Of a stretch of 64,000 nt of DNA, positions 1 through 14,030 are shown in pieces (the first letter of the stretch is position 1; each line of letters opens with the position of its first letter). The translations under genes were made by a program, and so were the position numbers. The DNA comes from Sphyrna mokarran. Its lineage: Eukaryota. The notes beneath the pieces are model-generated. The model ran no database searches and was not told where the DNA came from. It saw nothing but the letters and a program-made list of their open reading frames with translations. The stretch spans positions 36,208,001 to 36,272,000 of the forward strand of contig JAGIQG010000016.1 of assembly GCA_024679065.1 (NCBI GenBank), given 5' to 3'.

Positions 1-3000
1 GTCGGGGACATGTAAAATAGGATGAGTGGCCATCCCACCATAATACTGAGGGCAGATGGCTGCTGTAATTGGCAACCCACACACCATTTTTAAACAAACC
101 ATGATAATACGCTGCCACGCCACAGAATATTGAACATGGAGAGCTGGGAAGAAGCAGGAAGTCAGATTATTCATGCCGAGTTGTTAAAGAGCAGACAGGA
201 AATGTGGTGGCCAGGGGAGGGTGGGGAGGATTCATTCTTCGATGGCTGCCCTTTGCTGATAGCTATGTCGTTCCTCCCTTTTGGCTGCCTCCCCCTCCCC
301 CCTTCCCTTCCTACTTATTCATATCATCACCTTCCCTTCCCACTATCCCAGACCCTCCTGGCCCAAGACCCTGGACTTGCCTGCTCTGAGGATTGGCTGG
401 CAATTCCAGAGGATGGATCTTAGATCTCAACAATTTAAGTTCCATTCAGCCCTCATTAAACAGCCTGGCGGTGCTTTATGGCTGGTTTGTGGGTGGTATG
501 CCTTCATGCCAGAGGATTTGACAGATCCTCTGAACAATATCTGTTCAATATTTTTACCTCATCACCACATGGCCCAGTGGGATATGAGTTTATAGAAAGT
601 CACATCTAGACTACTTGAGAATCCCACAAAATGTCAAGAGATGAAGGGAGACCCATTCCTTGCATTATTGTCACTCATACTTGCACGTCTCAAGGCTGAC
701 ATTAAATTGCGTGCAATTCTGTTGAATGGAAGAAAATATCTGACAACTCTGACAAAGAAGGTACTTCCTCCAATGACTGGGAGGAAGTAACAACTCACTG
801 GTGCACAAGTAGAAGGAAGTTGACACTTCAACAAGCATGCTAACTCCGTGCCTAAGCATTGAAAGGACAAACTGTACGTGTATAGGATTGAACTGTGAAA
901 ACCTTGAACCCAGCAGAAGTTGTTAAAGCTGAGACTCAAAGGTCTCATGGAGATGAAAACTGATAAACAAGTGAGAAGGAACAGATTTGACCTAGAGAAA
1001 AGCTGAGAAAAGCAAAGCAGGTCATCAACAGCGCCAACAATATCGCCAACCAGTGAGACAACAATTCCAGCATCATTAATATCAACAATGTCACCAGCAA
1101 GTGGCACATCAGTGACATCAAGCATGATCACAACACCAAGTAACGTGCTTAACATTGCTTGTGCAACGTGCTACTCACCACTGAGAATGATGAATGCCAA
1201 ATCTACAAGTTTGAAGCACAATACCTAAATGATAGTGTAAATCATGTTAGTCTGAGAAAAGGAAACAAGCTTTAAAAGATTCTTTGGGGGTTTATTTTTA
1301 AAAGCCAATTGTTAATCTTCTTCAGGTTGGAAAAAAAGTTAATGACTGAGACAGTTATTTTAATGTGGAAGTTTTTTTTAAAGAAAGAGAAATGTTTGGT
1401 GTGATTTTCCCTCTCTGCTATGCTGGTGGTTGGAGAGGGTAAACAGTAAATAGCGCGAGGCTCATTACATGATGCAAATCTTGATTTGCGTCTCTTCAGT
1501 GAACACAGGGTGGGACAATATTGGCCATGCTCGCTAATATTTCTGACCCTGCGGGGGGGTCCATACCAGCAGGGATTATGCATTGCACCAACAAAGGGAA
1601 CCAGAGGTGATGGCCCCTCTGATAGAACGGTGGACATTGAGGCCCCCTGAGAGGTTGAGGGCAGAGGATGCCTCTAGGGCAGTGCCAAATTAGCACTGCC
1701 ATCTGGGATCCTGTTAGTGCTAGCTTGGCACTCTGAAACTGCCCACTGGACATCCCAGCAGTGCCAAGAGGTTGAGGCTTTATGGGGTGAAGCCAAATAG
1801 AGAAAGCGAGGTTTGAGGAGAGGGAAGGGAGGACTCTGCATGGAAGTTGGAGGCTGGTGATGATTGGAGGGGAGGGAAGGAAGGACTCTGCATGGGAGTG
1901 GGGTTGGTTCTCAGAGGCTGGCAATTAGGTGGGAGCAGGTGGGGTCAAGACTGTTGATTGGTGATGGGCAGTTGGGGATGGTGATGTCCAGGGATTGGCA
2001 TGGGGGCGTTCAGGGCCAGTGATGTCCGGCGGAGGAATGGGCGGGGGGAGGGGGGCAGACTGGGGAGGTGAGGGAAACAGGTGGGTCAGGGATGGTGACT
2101 GGGAGGCAGTCGAGGATGGGGGGGGGGGGGGGGAGTGGAGGCTTATCAACTGATCTTCCAGTAGACTGAGAGATTGGTGCATGTACAGTGTCTCCCCTCG
2201 GCAGTCTGAAACCAGCCTCTCAAGCAGGGTTAGGTCACTCTAACTGCCATGAATCGCTTGCCAACCTCTTGTGTTCACAGAGTATCATAAATTCATTTCA
2301 TTAGGTTTGCCCAAAAACAGGTGGGAAAGCCTCCCATTTTCCTGTCCATTGGGCATTTAATTTTGGAAAGCTGTTATATTGTTACATGATTTGTAAAGAA
2401 ATCAGAACTAATTGTTGTGAGAATGTACATCTGGGCATCACATTTCACTACTCAACTGGAGTTGTGCATCAAGCAAGGAGGGCAGAAAGAAATGCTTGAA
2501 ATACAGCTCTAGCATTTTGAGTCTAAAATGTGAATAGTTCTAATTAATGGGAACCAGAAGACAGCACATCCCTTCAATTAATTTGCGATAGATAAATTTA
2601 GGCCCTTTCATTAAGTGGAAACACCCTATCATTATTACCCTGTCCTAAAATGAAGATCTCTACTGCCTTTTGCCCCTTTCAACTACTCAGCCTTAATGAA
2701 AAACCCTAACTTCCTGAAGTCTGTCTTCATAACTGTATCCTTTCCACCCTGGGGTAACACCATCATGGATCTATGAGCTGCCTTTTCCTTACAATGGAAT
2801 GCTTCAAACCATGCACATTAATCGCGACTCATTTGACCGAAGTTTAACATTGCCAACTTGCTTTTTGTCTTTTTAAGAAATGGGAAAGCAAATGTATTAT
2901 TTAATAAAGTGCTCCTTACCTGAGGTTGTGCTTGAATATTACATTTCTCTGCCTTTCTATCTTTGTCAAACAAAATAGGTGGCAAAATTTCCCTGGCACA

Positions 3001-3226
3001 TCGTGAAATGCAACCTATTTAAAAATGATATTCAAATATGAGCCTATAATATGAACAAGCAGCACTAAAGTGGATCAATGGATGACAAGCTAACTAAAGC
3101 CAGGCAGTAGTCATTTTCTGGTGTCTTAACATAACTAACATTTGCCATAGCTTGCGATAATCATCACAATGTCAACATTCAGTTCATTTCAAACATGCAA
3201 TGTACTAATCCAAGTTTTAATCTTAC

Positions 3227-3293
3227 CATATGTAACCATACCATGGATACTGTATGTTTGGAGTGAACGGACGTGCTGCATTGATGTTCAATG
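3227..3293 (-). other. Candidate 67-nt internal exon (host gene unidentified)
   Basis: Minus strand reads ttcttacttccag|CATTGAAC...TACATATG|gtaaga, a good acceptor and donor. Two frames are open (LNINAARPFTPNIQYPWYGYI.. or IEHQCSTSVHSKHTVSMVWLHM). It lies in a repeat-free block that retains CpG. The peptide is not recognised. Confidence 0.3.
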
Positions 3294-4424
3294 CTGGAAG
3301 TAAGAATTTCCTAAACTTGATTGTGTAAGTTTTTAAGTTGATCAAAAGGCATTTGACATTTCCAGACTGTCCATACTGCAAAGAGTTAAAGCGGCTTAAT
3401 CTGAGTAAATTATAAAACACGATTACAAAATGTAATGAGTTGCACAGGTCTTTAAAATACAGTAAAATAAAGTTGGCTGTGGTTGTCTCCGATAAACTGT
3501 GCTAATTTCAGTTGAACAAAGCCAAACATGGGATAGCAAGGAAATTATTTTAACTCTAATAATTGTAGATTTTGCAGTGTATCTTCCAACATTGGTCAGA
3601 ATGCATTACGAGTTAGAAAATGTCATGCAAGCCATTGTTCCCCCCACCCCTTTCTACTTTTATCTTTGTCACAGGTCCAGAGACATGATTTATAGTAACT
3701 ATCCATCTTTCGGAGTCATCCATCAAGGTCCTGTTTCAATACAGTAGCGCTTTGTTTTGTATAACACAGAAAAGCTGTCACTCATTCATTGCATGTAAAT
3801 GGTGTTTGTCCGTTCTACCTCTATTCCAGCAGAGCTCAGACACCCATGGGTAGCTTTTAACCGACTGAATTCAGGCTCAACTACATTGGGAGAATTACTT
3901 GCCTCAGTAAATAACGCCATTGCAATCTTTTAAAATTCTTTCTTCCACTAATTTATATTGGCATTCTGGTCTGAACAACTGGAACAAATAATCCTGTTTG
4001 TACCGACTTGGAGAATGGCCCATGTACAATCACTGCATTCTAGGTTATCGCAAAACACATCTTGAAAATACCACAAAGCCTCAATTTCAGTGAAGGCGGA
4101 AGAGAATGAATTTTGGGAAAGAATTTGGCCACTTTTCAACCGTATGGTTGCATGTGTGATTAAATGTTGTACAAGCCATATTCAACTCACTTGTTAGAAG
4201 AATGACAATTGTACTCAACATTTCATCATAACAGATATTTTGCCTGGATTCCCTCGCGCTGCTGGGTTTTAGCAGGGTGCTCTTTAACACTCACTGAAGT
4301 GTCCTATTGCAGTTTCTCATGGAAAGTGATTTAGAATCCACAATATTCTTCCCCCACATCCCCTTCCTCGTCATTCCCCTTTCAGGCTTAAAAAGACTAC
4401 AGACATTTGGAAAGTACCACATCA

Positions 4425-4720
4425 TTTTTAATGTATTTCCAGGATGTGGGTGTCACTTGCTAGGCTTATATTTTTATTGCCCATCCATAAGAAGGTGGCA
4501 ATAAGTTGCCATCTTGAACCTTTGCAGTCCATATGGTGCAGGCACACCCACAGTGCAATTAGAGATATTGTTCCAGAATTTTGACCCAGTGACAGTGAAG
4601 AAACGGTGATATATTTCCAAGTAAAGATGGTGAGTAACTTGGAGGGGAACTTCCAGATTATGTTTCCATGCCTTTTTCCTTCTAGATGCTAGCAGTCAAG
4701 GATTTTCCTTGACATTCAAG
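4425..4720 (-). mobile_element. 3' fragment of a CR1-group LINE (same family as 62770-63990)
   Basis: ggatgtgggtgtcac...ttattgcccatcc...ttgaac..tgcagtccatatggtgcaggcacacccacagtgc matches the motif at 48780-48895 and 63020-63125. Confidence 0.7.
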
Positions 4721-5151
4721 ATTTGTGAAGTTGTCTGTTCTCACCCCAAAGGGAAAAGGCATATATATATATCAAGCACCATGAAGGACAAATGGTAGAG
4801 GACCAAGATTCTTGAAAGCCTTGAGGCCACAAGAAGAGGCTGTATTAGATTTAATAGGCAGGTGGATTGGAAAACCTTTTGATAAGGATGAAGTTGGTAG
4901 CCGACAGGCAAGCAAAGGTTGTAGAGGCTCACCAAGTCACAGCTTATTAGCTTTCTTTTTACTGCACTGCAACATTCTTACTCATTATTCTTTCGCTTGC
5001 TGCAAAAACCCGTCCAAGGTCAATAGACTTTTCCATCGTCTGCCCCTCACCCATTCCAATCCCTGTGCTGCGCAAGATGGTAAAATTCACCTCATTATGT
5101 CGGGCTGACACTCTGTAGGAGTCATTCAGCCAGGGCCAATTCTCCACTTTA

Positions 5152-5290
5152 AAATAAAAGTAAATTACTGCAGACATTGGAATCTGAAACCAAAAGAGAA
5201 GATGCTGGAAAATCTCAGCAGGTCTGGCAGCAACTGTAAGGAGAAAAAAGAACTGATATTTCGAGTCTAGACGATCCTTTGTTAAAGTTC
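5152..5290 (-). mobile_element. Short Penelope-derived element with decayed hammerhead core
   Basis: Family motif gatgctggaaaatctcagcaggtctggcagc. The minus strand ends aaaggatcgtctagactcGAAAtatc, where the CTGAnGA box has decayed. Same family as 38176 and 46078. Confidence 0.6.
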
Positions 5291-5440
5291 CACTTTAATC
5301 CTCTATTATTTTATAATATCAAAAGAAATGTATTCCATAGTAAAGCCATGTTTTGATTACAAAATTTTAAACTAACTAAAGATAGCGAAGGCCAGCTATG
5401 ATATGACTTAAAGAAGATGGTTAGTTGCTAATAAAAAGGA

Positions 5441-6311
5441 ACTCAGATGAAAGATCACAGACCCAAACATTAGCCCAGATCTTCTGTTCTCGGGATCACC
5501 ACAGACTGGATGTACAACCAAAAGAAGTGCACTGACTCAGTGGGAATTGCACATTTTAGTTGACCTTCCAACACAAAATTCCCCTACTCCCGGGAGCTTC
5601 CGAAAAATGTCCCACCTTTTGAGTTAGAATTGAAGATATTGCACAGTTCTGCAGAACATACCTTAATATTAGACAGCAAAATCCTAGCCTCGTTCCAGGG
5701 TAACTTACAACTGTGCCCCCTGTCACTCATACTGAACCTGCCATTGACTCCCTCCTAAACTCCTGACTTGGACACCTGAGCATCTGACTACCTCTCCTAA
5801 TCCCCTGACCTGACCAAGCTGCTCCCCATCCAAGCCCCTCTCAACCAATCTGACTACCCCTAACCTACCTCCTCCACCTACCACCCTGCCATTTCACCTA
5901 CTTGCCATCCTACTACCTCAACAACCTGCCATCCTACCCATCAATCACCTCAATCAATTGCCATTCTACCCACTTGCAACACTCATCTACCCACTTACCC
6001 ATTCTCTCATCTATTACCCATTCATACTGAGCATTTAATCTAACTTACTTTAGGTTGTGCTGGGAAAAGGGGTTGTAGCTTTTTGCACTGATGCTTTTTG
6101 CTGCACTTTGTATGGATTCCCATGCTGAGAGGGATCTTTTGCGTTGTGTTGCATTATCCAGATAAGTATATAGTTTTCTGTCTGATCAGCATTGGGTGTA
6201 GCAATTCTGATGCTGATCAGAAGACTACGCGCCATTAATTTTGTTTTGTTCTACATAGATGCTGCCAGATCTACTGAGACCTATCTTCAGTATTTTCTGT
6301 TTTTATTACAG
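5441..6311 (+). mobile_element. Penelope-derived hammerhead-type element split by a TIR element (5473-6233)
   Basis: cagatgaaagatcacagacccaaacatta (5444-5472) resumes after the insert as attaattttgttttgttctacatagatgctgccagatctactgag...tattttctgtttttattacag. Confidence 0.55.
5473..6233. mobile_element. Non-autonomous TIR element (Harbinger/MITE-like) with C-rich core
   Basis: Degenerate TIRs gcccagatcttctg / cagaagactacgcgcc. ATTA lies on both sides (5469-5472, 6234-6237). Perfect 12-bp subterminal inverted repeat tctgatcagcat/atgctgatcaga (6181-6221). Confidence 0.5.
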
Positions 6312-6850
6312 TTCAAGCTAGGCTTTGTTGGAAAACTGTACACCAGTAAAAATAAGTCCACTTTGAAATGGGTGCATTTTAATCGTATGTTTAATGATTA
6401 TGGATTAAAAACAAGAATTATGTGACTGACAATTCCAGAGTGACAGCTCCATAAAACAATTGTTTTCAGTGTTAAGAACTTGCCTGACAGCTCGCTCTCA
6501 GTGAAAATAGCTGTCCTCAGCTGTATTCCCACAGGTGTATTACTATCTCATTGATGTCAAGGTAGAAACTACAGTGAGAGTTGATGGTACGTTTTGTACA
6601 TTGAAAAGGACAGGTTACAATGTGCAAACTAAGCCATAATAAAGATGTAACTGAATTTGAAAGCCTATATAGTGTGTTGCCCAAATATTCTGGCTCTGAA
6701 GTAAGGTACTTTGCAATGTTTCTGATTCTGGAGAGAATACGGCATCATTTTGATCCATTATCACTTTTTTTTCCAGGTGTTTTGTGGGCCCAGGTTATGA
6801 ATTTCCATTGAGAATAGGACAATTCCTTTTAAGGATTAATTTATAATTAT

Positions 6851-7160
6851 AGGGAACACAGTGGTTACCACTGCTGCTTCTCAATGCCAGGGACCCGGGT
6901 TCAATTCTAGCCTCGGGCGACTGTGTGTGTGGAGTTTTCACATTCTTCCAGTGTCTGGTTTCCTCCATTTGCTCCCGTTTTCGTCCCACAATCCAAATCC
7001 AAAGATGTGCATGTTAGGTGGATTGGCCATGTTAAATTACTTCTTAGTCTCAGAGGAATTAGTAGGCTTAATATGTGGAGGTAAAGATCTTGTTGTCAGT
7101 GCAGGCTCAATAGGCTGAATGGCCTCCTCCTGCGCTATGGGGATTCTTTGATTCTATGAT
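6851..7160 (+). mobile_element. HE1 (V-SINE) tRNA-derived SINE
   Basis: A box gtggttacc, B box gggttcaattc, V-domain tgtgtggagttttcacattc...aaagatgtgcatgttaggtggattggcc, CR1-like tail gaatggcctcctcctgc...gattctatga. Confidence 0.92.
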
Positions 7161-7164
7161 AAAA

Positions 7165-7580
7165 CATCTTGTTACACCAAGATGCCCCACATAATTCCAA
7201 TTATCTAACGAATTTCTTTTTTTCAAAGTGTAATCACTGTTGTGTAGACAAATCTGTCAACATATTTATACACATCATTGTCCCATTAACTGCAAATGAG
7301 ATTAATGGTGAGTTGTTATTATTTGGTGGGGTTGGTTGCAGAATGATGATGGCCACTATCGGAACTACCTACCTTAAATTGTGCTTTGGCCTGAATATCA
7401 TCCTGGACCATTAATAAGCAAACAGGATCTTGATTTAGCATCTCACCAGAACAGCATGTTCAATAATTAACATTCATTGAACACTGCTTTGAAATGTCCA
7501 TCTGTTTATATGTTGAATGAGTCTTATCCATCTTTCTTATTCCAGGATGGGAGTCTTACCAATTGATTTTACCATTGCTG
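7165..7580 (-). mobile_element. Old Deu-domain SINE (SacSINE1-like), decayed
   Basis: tttcaaagtgtaatcactgttgt...tcccattaactgcaaatgagattaat resembles the copy at 40510-40780. Confidence 0.55.
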
Positions 7581-10500
7581 ACATGACTTAAAAAAAAATT
7601 CTTGATTAATTTTATTTGAGTCTTCAAAAATATTCTCAAATTATGTACCTTTTCAGATGACTTTTTCTTTCCAAATTTTACAATTTCACAATTTAATGCC
7701 CCAATTTGCATCAGTACCTAAAGTGCGTCAATCACACTACTAACCAAATTGGAGAACTTTTGCTACACTACTTTCCACAATGGTCAGCTGTCTAGTTTCT
7801 TGTGTAAAATTATGTGCTTATTGGTGACACTTCTGGAGGGTTTTACATTGTGGAGTTGAATGCATTAAGAGAAGAATTCATATATATTCCTATAGAAAGA
7901 GAGGTCTTTCATTCTGTCAGGTATCAGTGCATTGCAATACACTGGTCTGCATTCAAATCCAGTACAAAAGGATGGTATTAAAACTTATTGTACTGTCTAC
8001 CCCAATTTACATGATGTCTTAAAATTGGTAGCAGATAGGAATTGGACACATTTCACTGGTAAGTGCAAAGACCCCCAATGAACATTGACCACTGGCAATT
8101 TTGAACACTCCATATTTGCTTTGCATTTGCACTTGGGAGCTCTCGTTTGTTCTTTTTTGAGTCAGCTCCATCAAACCTCATTCAGTTACCAATTGACCAA
8201 AAGAAAAAGGTAGCAGGATAAGTTTAACTTTAAGGAATGACCTTATTCAGAATATGCATAGCACAAGTATACAGAGAATCAGTTGTTGTTGGTGAGCATG
8301 CTATACAGGTAATGATGTATCTAACATTAACAAAGTGTATCTGTTCAGTGAGACATCATCAGTCAATGCTTGGAAGAGGAGCAAAAAAAGTATTTCATTC
8401 TTGGTAGACAAATTTAAATTATATTGAAATAATCAGTTGATATTTATTTATGTCTTTAAAATAGAAATCATTTCATAATAAAGGGAAAAGGCAAAAAATC
8501 TTCATGTGACTCTCAAAACAGTAAGCACATCTACCTGATGGCAGAGATTGCATTTGGGAGATTGTACAATTATATGATAAAATCACCATTCCTGAGTTGA
8601 GATATTGGCTCAAATTTACAATTGGCAAACTTGGAAGAATGGGGTGCCCATCGTTCTTGCCAATATTCAACGGCGCTGCTATTTTTGGAAGAAATTTATT
8701 CGCTGCAGCTAGCCAAATTGAGAGGCTGGTTATCGGTGAGCTATATAGACCTCTGGCACCAGAGGAACATAGATATGAAAGGAAAAGATTGTTTGCCTAA
8801 GGGACATCAATGCAAGTGCCCAGAGTGTTCATAAGGTGACATGGTCATCGATGCTGAGGTCGGTTGGAACAATTACTTGGCGGGGAGAGAATATTGCGGT
8901 GGGAGATAGGATTGAGGATATCAGAGAAATGGGGAGAAAATTGTGGAGGGCCAGGAGAGATTGGAGGATTGGGGCAGAAGGAAAATATGAGCTCAATGAG
9001 AGGATAGGGAAGGGCATGGGAGTGGTCACAGCAAGATTGCAGGCCATGGAAGATGTGGTAAGTGTATCGGGCAGTTGCTCTGGTGATTAACCAAGTAACT
9101 TAGTGGGCTAAAGGGTCAAAATTCCTGTCCCTTCTCAATAATGCTGCACAGGCACTTAGCTGTTCCATCCATAGTACTTCCCTCTAGCTGCCGTGTTCCA
9201 CAAGGCCGCGGAAACCAGATCAGCCAGCAGAAAGAGAGATGAAATGTTGGACATGAAACCTCACATAAATGAATGACCAATCTCCTGTGAGCAGGTTAAA
9301 CATCTGCCAACCAACCTCTGTCACTCATCCCAACTCCATTAAAACTAAAAGTGAGATTAAAGTTGGTTAGTTTTGAGTTTGATTTTTTTTTTACTTTTTA
9401 ACTTCCGAACCACCTAAGATTAAAATTACTTGTATGAAACCTAATCTGGCATTCAGATGATTTATGTGCATGTTAAATTTCTATGATGTTATTTAAAAAA
9501 AGATATGAAGAATAAATATTTTCTGCATTTTAGCCAACATCTACAAGAATACAATTTAATTAAATATTTGTTTAATTGCCATCTTTTCTGACATAACAGC
9601 AGTCATGACGCATTATGACAATTCATTATTTGTGAATCGTTTTGAGAAGAATTATAGGATACTAGTCCCTTCTTTTTCCTTGTGCTTGCTGTTCTGCAAA
9701 AGAACTCAATGTAAATACTTTGCCTGAATGTTATCTCTTCAAATCATCTTCCATTTTCTTTTCTTTTTAATGATGTTACCCATTTAACCCATTGATTTTC
9801 TTTGGGTTGATATTAACAAGGCATCAAGGTCCCTAGGCCCCTAGCTCGAGAGCAGCCTGCAATGAGTAGAAAAGCTGCCCAGAAGTCGTTGAACGGCTAA
9901 TTGTTAATAAACTGGAAAAGGACTGTCCCCTCCCACCCAGAGAGACCTGCAGGACAATCGGAAGTTGTCAGCTCTCAAGCACCAGCAGCCACACCAGAAG
10001 CCGTACCCACTTCCAGTATTACACTGGAGTCTTCACCAGGGATTGTTGCTGGATCCTCAGAGAGAGTTAAATGTGTATAACAGGGAGGGTGAGTGCTGGC
10101 AAGTGTGGGGGGATGAGGGCTGAGAGAGCGGGGGGAAGGGGAACCTGGAGGCAAAGATAAACCCTGCAGAGAACCTGAAAAATGCCCAGGAGGCCAGGTG
10201 AGGATGTGCCTATCTGCCCATCACCAGCCTATGCAACCTGGTGAGCTGGCTGCTTGGCATACGTGTCCTTTGTGGTCAGTTAAATCCCAGAATAGGTACT
10301 TCAGTAGGAATCCATTGCTCATGAAAGATCCTCAATTGCCTCTCTGATGTGTGGGCCAATTCCACCTCAACCTCCTGCCACTGATGTAAAGGCAATGACA
10401 GACTTGAGCAGAAAGACAGTGGACAGATTCTCCATGGGTGTCATCCAGCTCCCCCACTACCTTTAACTTGCTGGCTTGGGAGCTTTAAATGCAGCCCTAT

Positions 10501-13500
10501 AGTAGTGAGAAGTATAGTCCGCAGTAAGAACCATCATTGTTCTACGTCACTTCATGCCTGTTTTCAGCAGTTGCCTCATATGTCACAGTAAAAGAGATAA
10601 ATTGTAATGCTCACCTTTTCATCAAGCTGATTTCTGCCAAATGCCAAGATTGAGGGCACAATCTATTGCAAAACTTGGTTCCAGTCTTGCCTCAGTTCGC
10701 ATGCGTTCCAATTAATAACCTGATGATAGACGAGTTCTTTCCAGAATCCGTACAAATAATACAGGGTAAAATGTAACTGACAGTAACGGAATCAACCAGT
10801 TCTGATATTTCAAAATCTTCCAGTGAAGTATTGAACTTTTCACTATGGCTTTATTACAGTTCTGAAATAAGGGCTGTTGCTACAGGGATGTCACCCACTT
10901 GCTGGAGAGCCCCCGTTGCTTCTTTTTGGAAAGGCCCATTTGACAGCAGCAGCTCTTTCCTCAGGTTAAAGGTCTTTGTGTTGGAAGCCCCGCCTGCTGA
11001 GAGCCGCTGGCTAACTGGAGCATGGCAGCTCTCCTTTGCTCGAAAGCACCACCATGGAAGTGGTGGCTGTGGCAGTAAATTCACCCACTCGAGGCCCGGG
11101 ATCTCCAGTGGACCCAGGCACAGGTGTGTAATGATCGGGGGCAGGAGTATGAAGGGGAAGTGGTTAGGTGGTGGAAAGGAATCAACAGCAAGGGGCAAGG
11201 CTGGCTATTGGTGTGTGCTTCACTATGATGCTGGTAGTTTTAAAAAGAGACCGCATTTACCTCCCCACTTCCACCCCCCAGAAGCCCATAAGCAACTCTG
11301 ACGCTTTGCAGTTTAGCTACCTTGCATGGTCAGTTTCCCACCCCACCTGGCTGAGACTCCATTAAATGTCCCCTTTACGGGCCTCAGTTGGGGTGGGAAG
11401 GCTGTCAACTAGCCTTCCTGTCAGAGACTAAACTGAGAAAGAGGCAGGAAGGCAATAAGGTCCTCACCTGCAACCATCCAGCCCGGTTAAATGCCCACTG
11501 CTACCAAACTCATCTCAGGATAAGACACTGAATTCCACCCAAGTTATTGAAGTGTATGTTTTTGTCACCTAACCTCAGTTGTTATCATCTACTGCCGCCC
11601 CCACAGTACTGAGCAGGAGGATTACTTGGAAGCTGAAGAGAACACAATGGCTCTGAAATTATGCTGTTGTGTACTGGCACGCGTTTATCTGAAATTCTTC
11701 TGTACTATGTTAGCAAAGGTGGTAAATGATGTAGAATCGCGGAGAGGAATTTCAGACACATTTTGTGTTGATACAATAGTATCTCACATGTAACATCAAT
11801 CCTCACATATTTTCTCAGCTGACATCAGACATATCAAAACTCATACAGTCAGGTGGTGAAGGATAGAATACTGGAACCTAGTCTTTATTCACTTCGAAGC
11901 TTTTATTTACAGAGACGCACATTGCATTCAGTGCACCTCCAACAAAATCCCCCTCTTTCAACCTATTTTTGTTTGCATAAACATCAAATTGACATAAAAT
12001 TAACAAGAACTGTGTTAAAACTGAAGCTCACTTAAAAGTATCCTTCCAAACGTCACAGCATGGAGCTCAGTAGTTATGAGGATATGTGGATGTTTTCTCA
12101 ACCATATACAGTCTATACAGTCTTTCTCCTAGTGAAAGAAGCTGTGAGCCTCATAGCATTCATTCACCTAATGTAATGTGTGTCAGGATGGACATTTCTA
12201 AGCATATAATTGTGAGGTTTCAGTACTGCAGCATTTCTGCAAATGTTTATACTAAGACATGACTTTGTACTTACTCCTATAAATTATTAATGCCATAGCT
12301 GCATCTTTGCTAGTAGTCGTTATAAATTATTTTACTATGTTTTTTTAAAAAAAATCATGAATAAGTAAATGCAGATAGAAATAATTATTATTCAGCACCT
12401 TTATATTATTTTGGTGTCAGTGGCAGCCATTCTATTTTATAAATTGGATGGATGGGTTTTGCAACATGCCTTTATGCTCCCATCTTCCCACATTTCTGTT
12501 TTGCCTTTTATCCATTTTCTTGGATTTTGTCCATTGAACCTTTGTAGTTTGCTTTGGATTGCTTTTCTAAACGGAAATGAAAATTGTAATTTTCGTCCAC
12601 CTCTTATTGCTTTTTGTGGAGCTTTTTATTGTTTGTAAAAAACCCTTCCTAACCAAGTAGTTACTGTTTCCTTTTCCAAATCTCCAGTTGTGAATTTTTA
12701 AATAGCATCAGAACAATTTGCTGCACAAAATACTAACGAGGGTGCGTTGTAGTTTCACTTCTCTTGCCACCCAAAACACAGTGATGGCCACAAGCTATAT
12801 GATAGCATGTCATTTCAAATGACGTTGTGCTAAATTGCAGTGACACCTCATTATGTGACACAAATACAGTTTATTACCAACACTAAAGCAAGGTTTAGAC
12901 CAAAAGTATAAAAAGCAGCAGTAGACTCTTAGCACTTAAAGCGTTAATAGATTGCAGCCTTTCTGGAGAGGCTAACATGTCAGTTTAACCTTCTGCCTGA
13001 TACGGTGAATGCTTTTTAAGTGGTGGGAACAGCAGCTTTTTGTACAGAACATGAAGTGCTGAGAAATGTTTCTTGTAATGCATTATTAAGAATGTGTTAG
13101 GGTTGTTTGAGCAGAGACACTATAGAACAGCGTAATGCAGTTGTAAAAGATGATAAACAAGAATTCGGGCTGTATTATTTTGCCCACAGCAAAGTGAATG
13201 TGGCTCAGGGCAGTGTAGTAATTGGATAAAATGCTTCAGCTAAAATCTGCAGAGTTCATTTTCGTTCCAGTGCACTTGAGACAGGCATGCCACAATATTT
13301 TCTTAGTTCAACATAGGAAATAGGTTGGCAAGAAATATTCAGTGAGTACCCAACTGCTTAACCTGTGCACTGTTAAGTTGAGCAAACGAGGGACTTATGA
13401 TGGTGAAACTGCCAAATGATACTTGGTATCTTTTTTTTAAGAAATGATTCTCAATGAACTTCCAGCAGGTACGCACAATTTATTCAGTGGTTTAACAAAA

Positions 13501-14030
13501 TACTCATCTGTTTGAATGATTTCTTTAAAACGAATATTTTCTCAAGCAACATCAGCCTATATTGTATAAATGGAATGTTTCACGTGTGACAGACATGTTC
13601 CTGTTAGACAGTTGTTGAGTATTGAGGTTCTCAGTGAAGACTGAAATCTAACTGTCACAGCCTATGAATGGACGTCTGATAGTGCATCCTTCTGACAGTT
13701 AAAGGGGTAACTCTTATGTTAAAATTTTCTTTGCAAATTTGTTGCTGATTTCTCTCACTTTCTTTGTAAAGAATTTAGAAAATGGGATTAGAATCCTGAA
13801 AGTGAAAATATTGGACTTATTTAGAATTAGAATGTTTGGTAAAATATTAACTTTCTCCTCTAATGTTTTAACATTTCTATCTGGTAACCATTGCAGCAAA
13901 GATTGATGTTATTTGCTCAGTACCAGTGACCAAAGATCAATGCTGTTATAAGCTTAAACAATTCATATCAATTCTGTCATTAAGGATTTCTATTTTCAAA
14001 GCAAGTCTATGCATTTTCAAATGCTCATGT

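Noticed and set aside
634-1155. 173-aa minus-strand ORF
   Set aside because: It is the antisense of a low-complexity Ser/Thr-rich (aca/tca/cca) stretch, with no domain or gene context.
10615-10719. Minus-strand coding exon (catcag|...AAG|gtgagc)
   Set aside because: All three frames contain stops, so at most it is a non-coding exon.
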